DNA from: an uncultured Chloroflexia bacterium
GTDB taxonomy: Bacteria; Chloroflexota; Anaerolineae; Anaerolineales; UBA4823
Direction of reading: 5' to 3'
Assembly: GCA_963770655.1 (NCBI GenBank)
Contig: CAVYQO010000010.1
Location: forward strand, 58,651-122,650
DNA: 64,000 bases
In this document: piece after piece, positions 1-8,988 of the stretch
Position numbering within the stretch: the first letter of the stretch is position 1
Layout of the letters: every line of letters begins with the position of its first letter
Program-made: the position numbers and the translations under genes
The notes under the pieces: model-generated
Told to the model about the DNA's origin: nothing
Databases searched by the model: none
What the model saw: the letters and a program-made list of their open reading frames with translations, nothing else

Positions 1-440
1 AGCGCTAGCCAGGTCTGGCGGGCGCTGTCCGCTTGCTTACGGGCGCGTTCGATTACAAAATCAGGGCTGTCAAACTGGCCGCGGACGCTCGCCTGGGTAA
101 AATCGAGGAAGTGCTGGGGATCGTATTGGATTTTGCAGTCTTTTAAAGTTGGGCCAAGCCAGGGATGCACCCGCAGCATGCGTGTATTGCGGTAATCCCG
201 GTGCATATGGTGGGCAATGTCCAGGTGAACGTCATCGCTGAGATGGACAATCTCCCGTGGGGTAGGGATGGCATCGCTGTGGATAAAGAACAGGTCGATA
301 TCGGTAGCCCCGCCTAAGAGAAACTCATCGTCAAGCAGCGAGCCATGCAGATAGATTGCCAGCAGGGCGCGATCGGCGCGAGTACGCTGGCTGACCGTGT
401 CACGCACGATTTTGAGCAAGATTTCTCGGGTGATCCGCAT
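1..440 (-). CDS. nucleotidyltransferase-domain protein, N-terminal part only (gene continues past the left edge)
   Basis: Absent from the ORF track because it runs off the window. Manual minus-strand translation from ATG (complement of 438-440), 8 nt after GGAGGAG: MRITREILLKIVRDTVSQRTRADRALLAIYLHGSLLDDEFLLGGATDIDLFFIH... The LHGS ... DIDLFF pattern fits the minimal Pol-beta-type nucleotidyltransferase signature. Confidence 0.6.
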   Translation of the reverse strand, partial: MRITREILLKIVRDTVSQRTRADRALLAIYLHGSLLDDEFLLGGATDIDLFFIHSDAIPTPREIVHLSDDVHLDIAHHMHRDYRNTRMLRVHPWLGPTLKDCKIQYDPQHFLDFTQASVRGQFDSPDFVIERARKQADSARQTWLA

Positions 441-559
441 GGGCAGCGCTCCTCCTCTGCTAATGATACCCTAAAAATGAGGCGGGCAGCAATTGAATCT
501 GAGCGGGGAATGATCGGAACGAATGATGACGTTAGCGCGTCATGCAGCAGAGTCCGGGC

Positions 560-1207
560 TCAGTCCGTTATTTCCAAAGGCAGCTCGGGCTGGAATGAAC
601 CGAGCTTCAGCGCCTGGCGGATGCGATTTTCCGTCCAGCGTAAATCGGCGCTGTTGTGAACGTAATCCAGACGACCGGTGTCGATCACCAGGACAGGCGA
701 ACGCCGGCTCTGGTGATCGGTAAAGAAAGCGTCATAAGCCTGGTTCAACTGCTCGATATACGCCCCATCCATATTGCGCTCATATGGACGATCGCGGAAG
801 GCAATCCGCTGCATCAGCACTTCGGTATCGGCGCGTAAGTAAACCACCAGATCCGGCGCGACCACCTTCTCTGCTAGAGCCTCGTGAACTTTGTAATACA
901 TTTCTAGTTCGTCGCCGCTCAGGTTGATTCCAGCAAACAGGGCATCTTTTTCAAAGGTATAATCGGCGATCAGATTCGCTTCCTGGGTAAGCACCTCGGT
1001 AACGACCCTGCGCTGTTGGTGATAGCGGCTGAGTAGAAAAAATATCTGAGTTTGGAATGCATAGCGTTCCCGATCAGAATAAAAACCTGATAGGAAAGGA
1101 TTCTCTTCGAAAACTTCCAGGAGCAGGAGAGATTCAAAACTGGGTTGGAGCAGGCGCGCCAGGGTGGTTTTACCCACCCCAATAACGCCTTCGATTGCAA
1201 GATACAT
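560..1207 (-). CDS. deoxynucleoside kinase (dCK/dGK family)
   Basis: 215-aa ORF. It has an N-terminal P-loop (EGVIGVGKTT), ERYAFQTQIFFLLSR, and an arginine-rich lid (RIAFRDRPYE), as in deoxyadenosine/deoxyguanosine kinases. Confidence 0.85.
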   Translation of the reverse strand: MYLAIEGVIGVGKTTLARLLQPSFESLLLLEVFEENPFLSGFYSDRERYAFQTQIFFLLSRYHQQRRVVTEVLTQEANLIADYTFEKDALFAGINLSGDELEMYYKVHEALAEKVVAPDLVVYLRADTEVLMQRIAFRDRPYERNMDGAYIEQLNQAYDAFFTDHQSRRSPVLVIDTGRLDYVHNSADLRWTENRIRQALKLGSFQPELPLEITD

Positions 1208-1301
1208 AGCGCCTCAAGTAGGGTTTCGCTTTTAGCTTGTTAGCAATTCGCTTTTAGAAACTTAAGTTGTCTAGACAAATATATTGCTGATTTTCTGTCC
1301 C

Positions 1302-1336
1302 GAGTTACGAGTTACCAGTTACCAGTTACCAATCAC
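1302..1336. repeat. five tandem heptamers GAGTTAC GAGTTAC CAGTTAC CAGTTAC CAATCAC
   Basis: Read directly in the divergent intergenic region between the kinase gene (-) and ssb (+). Confidence 0.8.
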
Positions 1337-1474
1337 TCATAACTCACTTCTCCACCCAACTTTACCAGCGATTCTCTCAGAATGCAACCCAAATCTGATG
1401 ACATTCGCTGCGCCAGATACTTGACAGCCACCCAGCCTGCGCTAAACTTAAATAAAGAACAAAAGGAGCGCAAC

Positions 1475-1852
1475 ATGCCATCTCTTAATCGTCTTCAACT
1501 CATCGGCCGCCTGGGCGCAGACCCAGAGACTCACTTCACCCCCAATGGCTCTAAAGTAACCCGATTTTCAGTGGCTGTCGACCGCCGCCGGCGCACTCCA
1601 GACGGGGAAATCCTGCACGAAACCGATTGGTTCAACGTAGAAGCCTGGGCCAAGCTTGGCGAAGTATGCCAGGCTTACTTAAAAAAAGGCCGCCTGGTTT
1701 TCGTGGAAGGGCGCGTACAGAACGATCGCTACGAAAAAGGCGGCGAAATTCACTATTTCTCCAAGCTAGTCCTGCGCAACATTGAGCTGCTCGACCGCAA
1801 GCCAGAAGAGGAAGCAGAAGAAGTTGCCGAGGAAGATGTTAATATCGAGTGA
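1475..1852 (+). CDS. ssb: single-stranded DNA-binding protein
   Basis: The internal ATG at 1475 follows AAGGAG. The N-terminus MPSLNRLQLIGRLGADPE..TRFSVAV is OB-fold SSB-like, and the C-terminal tail is acidic (EEEAEEVAEEDVNIE). The track ORF starts at 1382, which is probably too far upstream. Confidence 0.9.
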   Translation: MPSLNRLQLIGRLGADPETHFTPNGSKVTRFSVAVDRRRRTPDGEILHETDWFNVEAWAKLGEVCQAYLKKGRLVFVEGRVQNDRYEKGGEIHYFSKLVLRNIELLDRKPEEEAEEVAEEDVNIE

Positions 1853-1895
1853 GAACGGCTGACGTCATTGCTGCGCAATTCAACGACTGACGTCG

Positions 1896-2543
1896 TCACT
1901 GCGATGACGAGAGGGCAAGAAGCAGGGTGAGGATCGCGCGTTTGCCAGATTCATAGCGATGGGGAACCTTACCCAGTGGGCTGACCGAGGCAGCGGCATC
2001 GGCGATGACTTCGATGCGGGTTGAGTTTCGGCTCTTTGCTTGCAGGTAAGCCACTCCCAAATCGAACATATACCCGAGATCGAAGAAATTGGTGTTTTTT
2101 TCGGCGCCGCTCTCGGCCCCCTGCCAGCCGGCCAGGGCAGCGACCAGAGCTTTGAGCACATCTTTCGAACGAGCAGGTTCATTCGCACCCTGATCCTGGT
2201 CCTCTTTGAGGGCTTTGCGCAGGTAGAGTACCAGGTCTTCAAAGGTCAGACCAAATTTGCGAAACTGGATGGCAAACTGGGCCAGGCCGTGGGCGTAGAC
2301 CTGGGCGGAATCGTTGCCCTCCAACCCCTGAAGGAGCTGGCCTGCATAGTCCATTGCCTCGGCCAGTCCTTCCGCTTGCTTTTCGACTGCGGCCTGGACG
2401 GCGATAGCAAAGACTGCAACCATATGATCGCCATGGTTCCCGTTGTAAGGGTCCGCCTGGTTGTAAGCCAGGCGGTTTTCTTCCATGACATCCTGGACCG
2501 CCTGAAAAACGGGCGCTAAGACGAAACCGGGCTGTGGGTCCAT
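1896..2543 (-). CDS. conserved hypothetical helical protein, possibly a degenerate DAK2/DhaL-like domain
   Basis: The internal ATG (complement of 2541-2543) overlaps the pepF stop by 1 nt (TAATG), giving 215 aa. DPYNGNHGDHM faintly resembles the DhaL GDGDxG motif. The upstream part of the 310-aa track ORF overlaps pepF and is rejected. Confidence 0.5.
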   Translation of the reverse strand: MDPQPGFVLAPVFQAVQDVMEENRLAYNQADPYNGNHGDHMVAVFAIAVQAAVEKQAEGLAEAMDYAGQLLQGLEGNDSAQVYAHGLAQFAIQFRKFGLTFEDLVLYLRKALKEDQDQGANEPARSKDVLKALVAALAGWQGAESGAEKNTNFFDLGYMFDLGVAYLQAKSRNSTRIEVIADAAASVSPLGKVPHRYESGKRAILTLLLALSSSQ

Positions 2544-4322
2544 TATGGAGCTACGGGTATCCCTTCCAGGCGGGAGATCATTTGGTCGATCACATTGAAA
2601 CCTCCCTGCCAAAAATCGGCGCTGAAAATATTGATCCCCGCCTCGGCCAAGACGCTGGCCGGCGCTTGCGAGCCGCCAGCCGCCAGGATTTTGAGATAGC
2701 GCGGTTTGAAAGCCTCTCCTTCGACCAGGTACTGCTGGTAAAGAGCCAATACGAGCAGTTGGCCAAAGGCATAGGCATACACGTAGAACGGAACGTGGTA
2801 GATGTGCGGAATCGAGATCCATTCCCAACGGAATTCTTCACTCAACTCCACGGCATCGCCAAATTGGCGCTGCAAGTTTTCCAGGTAGGCGGCGGCCAAT
2901 TCATCCACAGACGCACCGGCATTCACCATTTCATGCGCCTGGCGCTCGAACAGAGCAAAGAACACCTGGCGCATAATCGTTGCATACGTATCATCAACCT
3001 GGCGGAAGAGCAGATCACGCTGTACTCCGGCATCGCTCTCGAGGCCGAGCAGGCGATCGACCAGGATCATCTCCCCAAAGGTGGAAGCGGTCTCGGCCAG
3101 GGGCAGGCTGGCATGCTGGGTGAAGGCATTGTGGCCAGCGGCAAGCATGGAATGGACGGCATGCCCGAGTTCGTGGGCCAGGGTGGCGACGTCTTCAGGA
3201 CGGCCCTGGTAGTTGACCAGTACCCAGGGGTCGAGGTCGGGGGTGAGCGTAGCGCAGAAGGCGCCGCTGCGCTTGCCGCGGCGCACCTCGCTATCCAGGT
3301 GGTCCTGGTCGAAGACCTTTTGAGCCAGGTTAGCAACCTGAGGATCGAAACGGGTAAACGAGTTCGAGCACCAGCTCAACCGCGGCGTTAAATTCGTAAG
3401 TTTTGTCGGATTGGGCAACCGGGGCGTAAATATCATAGCGGCGCAGGCGTTCGAGACCAAGCCAGCGTGCTTTGAGACGAAAATAGCGCTGGAAGACATC
3501 AGCATTGCGCTCGGCAACGGTGAGCAAAGTGTCGATGACCGCATCGGGGATGTCATTGGCCAGGTTGCGCGCCGAGATGGGGGAGGCAAAATGGCGCAGG
3601 TCAAGCTGCTCGTTAGCCCAGTCACGGGCCAGGGTCTGGTAAATCTGGCCGAGAATCGGCGCATCCTGGGCATACACCCGGTAGAGTTCCTGGTAAGCCG
3701 CCTGGCGCAGCGCCGGGTCATGGCTGCGGGCGTAGATCATCAGCTCGCCGCGGGTGAGTTCAAGCTGCTCGCCATCCACCGTTAGCTTGAACACATAGCG
3801 GTTCGTAATGGTGTCGTACAAAACGGCCAGAGCGCTCGAACCGGTCACATTTTTAATATTGACAATTTTCTCTTCCACTTCACTCAAAGTGTGCGGTTTG
3901 AACTGGCGCATGGTTTCAAGCCAATAGCGAAAATCGCCGCTGCCAGCGAGCAGACGGGTGACATCCGCCTCATCCAACTCTTTCCACCAGATCTCGAAGA
4001 AGAGGGTGTGGTTCTGGATCCCAGCCAGGAACTGGTCGACGCGGGCAATAAAAGCCTGGACAGCTTGATCCTGGGTATTTCCGCTGAACGAAAGCGAGGC
4101 GAAACCGCCCACCCGTCCGGCCAACCTGGTGAGGCGCTCTAAGTCCTGGATGAACTCCTGGAAGACAGCCTCTGGAATCGCGGGTGAAAGGAGCGGGCGT
4201 TTCTGTTCGATGGCGGCAGCCTGCGCTTCCAAAGCCGCGAAAGCAGACAGCATTTCGGCGCTATCGATAGCCGGGAAAAGATCGGAAAGGCTCCAAGGTG
4301 ATAAAGTGTAAGTTGTTTCCAT
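2543..4322 (-). CDS. pepF: oligoendopeptidase F (M3B), interrupted by one frameshift near 3359-3366
   Basis: Two overlapping track ORFs (3330..4322 and 2543..3721) form the N- and C-terminal halves of one roughly 593-aa PepF. It has the HELGH zinc motif (LAHELGHAVHSML). The junction reads ...AVELVLE | SFTRFDPQVANLAQKVF and needs a 1-nt correction. Confidence 0.85.
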
Positions 4323-4325
4323 AGG

Positions 4326-5456
4326 TTACTCCTTAGTTGTATTTTGGGCCAGCGCCTGGCGGAGACGCTCGCGCAGTTGGTTGATCGGCTGGCGTGTAGC
4401 GCTTTGCGGATCATCATAATACCATTGCTCCCAGCCATTGCAGGGAGAGTTTGGGAGCCGTCTGGCCAGGCGAGCGATCTGGTGAATCGAACCGCGCTGC
4501 CCTTCCCATTCGATAGAACCGTCGGCAAAGATCCGCGCAGTCGCCTCGCTCTTCCCGAGCAGATACAATATTCCTCCAGGTTCGAGCAATTGATATTCGA
4601 GGAGCATGCCAAAGGGAATGCGCCGCTCCTTGCGCGGGTTGGGGGTGGCATAGATAGGCAGGTTAGCCGAACCGGGTGGGGTTTGGTCAATTCGCTGGCG
4701 GGCCAGCTCAACATATTCAGGCTGGCGTTCGATCCCGATCCAGCGCCGCTGCAATCTTTTGGCGACCACCCCAGTGGCGCCGACGCCAAAGAAGGGATCG
4801 AGGACGATATCGCCAGGATTTGTGCTGGCCAGGAGCAACCGGTAAAGCAGAGCCTCGGGCTTTTGGGTGGGATGAGCTTTCTCGCCGTTCAGGCGCAGGC
4901 GTTCGGGGCCGGTGCAGATCGGCAGATACCAATCGCTGCGCATCTGCAGTTCTTCGTTTAAGGATTTGGCGGCCTGATGATTGAAGGTGTATGGAGCGCG
5001 GCGCTCCTTCTGGGCCCAGATCAGCATTTCATGGGCATTGGTGAAACGGACGCCGCGAAAATTGGGCATGGGGTTGTCCTTAATCCAGACGATGTCGTTA
5101 AGGATCCAGAAACCAAGATCTTGGAGCTGGCTGCCCACCCGAAAAATATTATGATATGACCCGATCACCCAGATCGTGCCTGTCCGCTTAAGCACCCGCC
5201 GGCAGGCTGAAAGCCATTCCTGGGTAAAACGATCATAGGCCTGGAAATCGTCAAAACGATCCCAGGGCTCGTCGACAGCATCGACCAGGGTGTTATTCGG
5301 ACGCCAGAGTTCCTTCTGAAGCTGCAAATTGTACGGGGGGTCGGCAAAAATTAGATCGACTGACTCGCCAGGCAGGGCAGCGAGGATATCGATGCAATCC
5401 CCCAGGAGAATCTGTTCCAGGGGCAAAGACACAGCAGGATCAGGGGATGGGCTCAA
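4326..5456 (-). CDS. beta-class N6-adenine (or N4-cytosine) DNA methyltransferase, CcrM-like
   Basis: LIFADPPYN (motif IV) precedes VLDPFFGVGATG (motif I). The N-terminus LGDCIDIL and a C-terminal extension of about 90 aa are as in CcrM-type enzymes. No restriction gene is adjacent. Confidence 0.85.
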   Translation of the reverse strand: MSPSPDPAVSLPLEQILLGDCIDILAALPGESVDLIFADPPYNLQLQKELWRPNNTLVDAVDEPWDRFDDFQAYDRFTQEWLSACRRVLKRTGTIWVIGSYHNIFRVGSQLQDLGFWILNDIVWIKDNPMPNFRGVRFTNAHEMLIWAQKERRAPYTFNHQAAKSLNEELQMRSDWYLPICTGPERLRLNGEKAHPTQKPEALLYRLLLASTNPGDIVLDPFFGVGATGVVAKRLQRRWIGIERQPEYVELARQRIDQTPPGSANLPIYATPNPRKERRIPFGMLLEYQLLEPGGILYLLGKSEATARIFADGSIEWEGQRGSIHQIARLARRLPNSPCNGWEQWYYDDPQSATRQPINQLRERLRQALAQNTTKE

Positions 5457-5465
5457 GGCAGATTG

Positions 5466-6536
5466 TCATAAATTGAAGCGAATATGGACGATCTCGCCAT
5501 CTTGGACGATATATTCTTTGCCTTCCAGGCGCAGCTTGCCTTTCTGGCGGGCTTCCGCCAGTCCGCCCAGGCCGACCAGATCCTGATAAGAAACCACCTC
5601 GGCGCGGATGAAACCTTTTTGCAAGTCGGAATGGATAGCGCCGGCGGCTTCGACCGCCGGGGCGCCGCGGTGGATTGTCCAGGCGCGGACTTCATCCTCG
5701 CCAACTGTAAAAAAGGACTGCAGCCCCAACAAATCATAAGACAGGCCGATCACCCGGCTTAGACCGAGCTCCTGGATGCCGTATTCCGCCATGAAAAGCT
5801 CGGCCTCGTCGGCAGGAAGTTGGGCCAGCTCCATTTCAAGCTTTCCCTGTAGAGCAGAAACCAGGCTGCGAGAGTGAGCATAGCTGAGGGCTGGGGCATC
5901 CTGGCCTTCAGACAGGTTCAATAGAACCAGGAGCGGTTTTCGGGTTAAGAAACCAAAACCCGAAAGCATCTTTTCCTCTTCGGGATCCATTTCAATATCC
6001 CGTAAGGGGATCTCGGCAGCCAAGGCGGTATGCATCTTTTCAAACAGGGTGATTTCTCGTTCGATCAAGCCGCGGTCGCGCCCGGCGCCTTTTTTACGCT
6101 CTTCGACCAGGCGCTCCTGTTTGCGCTCAACCGAGATCAGGTCGTTCAGGAGCAGCTCGCCATCCATGCTGGCCAGATCGCGCTCAGGGTCGACGCTCCC
6201 CGCAGGATGGGGGGCGTTGGGGTTCTCGAAGCAGCGCACTACCTGGACAAAGCCATCCATCTGGGCCAGCTGGTTGAGCAGAGCTCCGGAAATGCCGGAT
6301 TTGTCGGCGGCGCCCTCCAGCCCGGCGATATCGGCATAGGTTACCTTGGCATAGATGGTCTTCTGTGGATGAAACATAGCCGACAAGCGATCGACGCGCT
6401 CATCGGGGACATCGACCACGCCGGTGTGAACTTCAAAACGACCACCGCTCATCGTGGTGGGCTGATCGCCGCGGGTTAAGGCGTTGAATATTGTTGTCTT
6501 GCCAGATTGAGGCAAACCGATAATACCTAAGCGCAT
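5466..6536 (-). CDS. ychF: redox-regulated ATPase YchF (Obg-like)
   Basis: MRLGIIGLPQSGKTTIFNALT (G1), DIAGL (G3), and a C-terminal TGS-like end (IHSDLQKGFIRAEV...IVHIRFNL). Confidence 0.9.
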   Translation of the reverse strand: MRLGIIGLPQSGKTTIFNALTRGDQPTTMSGGRFEVHTGVVDVPDERVDRLSAMFHPQKTIYAKVTYADIAGLEGAADKSGISGALLNQLAQMDGFVQVVRCFENPNAPHPAGSVDPERDLASMDGELLLNDLISVERKQERLVEERKKGAGRDRGLIEREITLFEKMHTALAAEIPLRDIEMDPEEEKMLSGFGFLTRKPLLVLLNLSEGQDAPALSYAHSRSLVSALQGKLEMELAQLPADEAELFMAEYGIQELGLSRVIGLSYDLLGLQSFFTVGEDEVRAWTIHRGAPAVEAAGAIHSDLQKGFIRAEVVSYQDLVGLGGLAEARQKGKLRLEGKEYIVQDGEIVHIRFNL

Positions 6537-6570
6537 GAAAAGACTCCTTATCCTTGGTGTTCAATTATAC

Positions 6571-6599
6571 TTGACCTGTAAAGCAACCTTCGATATACT
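6571..6599 (+). promoter_or_regulatory. sigma70-type promoter candidate for tRNA-Leu (and possibly glgC)
   Basis: TTGACC (6571-6576), a 17-nt spacer, then TATACT (6594-6599). The tRNA 5' end lies 15 nt downstream. Confidence 0.55.
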
Positions 6600-6613
6600 T
6601 GCACTTGGAAATG

Positions 6614-6695
<82 letters not shown>

Positions 6696-6782
6696 CTTGC
6701 GCAACTCAGCGTATTTACAGCGCCAATGCTGCAAATACGCTTTTTGTTCATAGTTACAACTCAATTCCTGGAGGGTCTTACC

Positions 6783-8045
6783 ATGCCATCGACTGATCAA
6801 ATCCTGGCCGTCATCCTGGGAGGAGGCGTCGGCAAGCGCCTCTATCCACTCACCCGCCAGCGAGCCAAACCTGCCGTGCCCATCGCCGGAAAATATCGCC
6901 TGATCGACGTGCCGATCAGCAACTGCATCAACTCCGGGATCACGCGCATTGCCTTGCTCACCCAATTTAACTCGGTCTCGCTGCACCGCCATATCACCCT
7001 GACTTATAATTTTGACCGTTTCCACCAGGGCTGGGTGCAAATCCTGGCCGCCGAGCAAACCCCGCGCAGCACCGGCTGGTACCAGGGAACAGCCGATGCA
7101 TTTCGCAAGCAGCTGTTCGAGATTAGGGCGACCCGCGCTCCGTATGTGCTGGTGCTGGCCGGCGACCACCTGTACCGCATGGAATATGAAAAAATGGCCC
7201 AATTCCATTGGGATAATAACGCCGATATCACCGTCGCGGTCCAGCCGGTGGCCGTGGGAGAAGCATCCCGCTTTGGCTTGCTCAAACGCGAAGACGATAA
7301 CCGCATCTCGGCCTTTGTTGAAAAGCCCAAGGACCCGCAGGTGCTGGCAGAATTTGTCAGCCGCCCGGACCCCGAGCAGCCTTTTCTGGGCTCAATGGGG
7401 ATTTACCTGTTCAACACAGAAGTATTGATCGATTTGCTTGAGACCTCGAGCGCCGATGATTTTGGCGGCGAGGTGATTCCCAACAGCCTGGGAACCCACC
7501 GCGTTTTTGGCTACGGTTTCGAGGGCTACTGGGAAGATATCGGAACGATCCGCTCGTTTTATGAGACAAATCTACGCCTGGCCCATTCCGACTCGCCCTT
7601 TAAATTCTACGATCCGGAAAGACCGATCTACACCCATCCTCGCTCGCTGCCCGGCTCCATTATCGATGGCGCCAAAATGAACGACGTGCTCCTTGCCGAA
7701 GGCTGCCGCATTGGCAAGGCCGAGATCAGCAACTGCGTGGTTGGCCTGCGCAGCATCATTAATGACGGCGTAAAAATGAAAAATACTGTCATGATGGGGG
7801 CGGATTATTACGACCAACCTGGATCGAGACGGGTGGCCGGCGGGGTGCCTTATGGAATAGGTAAAGACTGCCACATCGATGGGGCGATCCTGGATAAAAA
7901 CGTCCGCATTGGCGAGGGTGTAGTGATCAAGCCCTTCCCGCGCGGCACGGAGATGGACGAGGGCAGTTGGGTGGTACAAGATGGGATCGTGGTCATCCCC
8001 AAAGATGCGATCTTACATCCCGGCACCCATATCGGACCGGAATAA
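6783..8045 (+). CDS. glgC: glucose-1-phosphate adenylyltransferase
   Basis: The ATG at 6783 follows GGAGGG. Motifs include AVILGGGVGKRLYPLT, KPAVPIAGKYRLIDVPISNC, and a C-terminal left-handed beta-helix region. The track ORF begins inside the tRNA and is trimmed. Confidence 0.9.
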   Translation: MPSTDQILAVILGGGVGKRLYPLTRQRAKPAVPIAGKYRLIDVPISNCINSGITRIALLTQFNSVSLHRHITLTYNFDRFHQGWVQILAAEQTPRSTGWYQGTADAFRKQLFEIRATRAPYVLVLAGDHLYRMEYEKMAQFHWDNNADITVAVQPVAVGEASRFGLLKREDDNRISAFVEKPKDPQVLAEFVSRPDPEQPFLGSMGIYLFNTEVLIDLLETSSADDFGGEVIPNSLGTHRVFGYGFEGYWEDIGTIRSFYETNLRLAHSDSPFKFYDPERPIYTHPRSLPGSIIDGAKMNDVLLAEGCRIGKAEISNCVVGLRSIINDGVKMKNTVMMGADYYDQPGSRRVAGGVPYGIGKDCHIDGAILDKNVRIGEGVVIKPFPRGTEMDEGSWVVQDGIVVIPKDAILHPGTHIGPE

Positions 8046-8059
8046 ATATTTACCCATAT

Positions 8060-8090
8060 AAAAACATCCGCCCTGAGAGCGGATGTTTTT
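8060..8090. terminator. bidirectional intrinsic terminator between convergent glgC and osmC-like genes
   Basis: AAAAACATCCGC - CCTGAGA - GCGGATGTTTTT: a perfect 12-bp stem with A/T runs on both sides. Confidence 0.6.
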
Positions 8091-8095
8091 ATATT

Positions 8096-8503
8096 CTAGA
8101 GAGCAGGTTCAACGGTGCGGGTAAAAATCTCGAACTTAGGCGGGTGCTCCATGTGCTTCTTGACCGCGCAGAGCTCAGCCGAGCGCACCAGTGAGGGAAG
8201 GTATTTCTCGGGGAAAGTCGGCGGCGCCTGGATTTCCAGCTCGATCTTTGCGACCATACCACTGGCCGGGTCATTGTGAACACGCTGGATGATGCGGATG
8301 CCTTCGGTGGGCAGGCCGCGCTGGTTGCAGAAGCCGAGGACGTAAATACCGGCGCAGGTTCCCATGGATGCCAGGAAGAGGGCAAAGGGGGTGGGGGCAG
8401 CGCCAGTCCCGCCGCCCATCGGCGGTTGGTCGGTGTTGACCGTAAATGGCCCAAAATGCGCATCTACTCGGACGCCGCCAGGAAAGTCGATAATCATTTC
8501 CAT
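8096..8503 (-). CDS. OsmC/Ohr-family peroxiredoxin-like protein
   Basis: 135 aa with the two conserved Cys contexts (MGTCAGIY and AELCAVKKH). Size and pattern are typical of the OsmC family. Confidence 0.8.
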   Translation of the reverse strand: MEMIIDFPGGVRVDAHFGPFTVNTDQPPMGGGTGAAPTPFALFLASMGTCAGIYVLGFCNQRGLPTEGIRIIQRVHNDPASGMVAKIELEIQAPPTFPEKYLPSLVRSAELCAVKKHMEHPPKFEIFTRTVEPAL

Positions 8504-8663
8504 TCGTTTTTTTCTCCATTTTTTATTTGAATAATTTCACATTCAGATCCTTTGATGCATATACCTACCAAAAGGTTGCATCATTTATTGAAAAAACCTG
8601 CAATTAATCTGCCACATATGGGGGGTGCTCTGCAAGGAGATTATCTTGTTTTTGCATGCCTCC

Positions 8664-8960
8664 TGTGGATAACTGCCAGAAAACTGTGGATAAACTATCC
8701 GAACTGGGGAAAACATCGCTTCCTGGCCAATCCGTTCATTAAAGTCAACCCCCATATATGGGGGCACAATCAGCAGCTTACCCATATACCTTTTTCGTGG
8801 TTGAGCGCCAGGAAAAGTACCGACTTTACCTCGATTCATCCCCAGGCTGGAAGTGGATAAATATAGTGGGGCGAAGCGCTATATCTGGCGGTCAACCCCC
8901 CAACGATCCCCGTCTATCGGGTTAAAATGCCGGTAAAAAAGTGTTATCCACATATCCACA
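8664..8960. promoter_or_regulatory. cluster of DnaA-box 9-mers (candidate oriC or DnaA-titration/regulatory region)
   Basis: Perfect TTATCCACA boxes lie at 8664-8672 (-), 8685-8693 (-) and 8944-8952 (+). One-mismatch boxes lie at 8852-8860 (-) and 8952-8960 (+). An AT-rich stretch at 8505-8610 is adjacent. The whole 485-bp gap lacks a credible CDS. Confidence 0.45.
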
Positions 8961-8988
8961 GTCTCTACTAAGACTACGATAACTATAT

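Noticed and set aside
2534-3391. 285-aa plus-strand ORF, and several others (2040..2519, 3411..3785, 4344..4961), antisense to pepF, the hypothetical gene or the methylase.
   Set aside because: These are shadow ORFs typical of GC-rich DNA. The opposite strand carries motif-verified genes (HELGH, DPPY). Their products are Arg/Gly/Ala-rich with no motifs.
8552-8860. Track ORFs 8552..8860 (+, 102 aa) and 8585..8839 (-, 84 aa) inside the DnaA-box gap.
   Set aside because: They overlap each other on opposite strands. Neither has an SD. Their composition is odd (His/Trp/Lys-rich, low complexity) and unlike neighbouring genes. The region is better explained as noncoding regulatory DNA.
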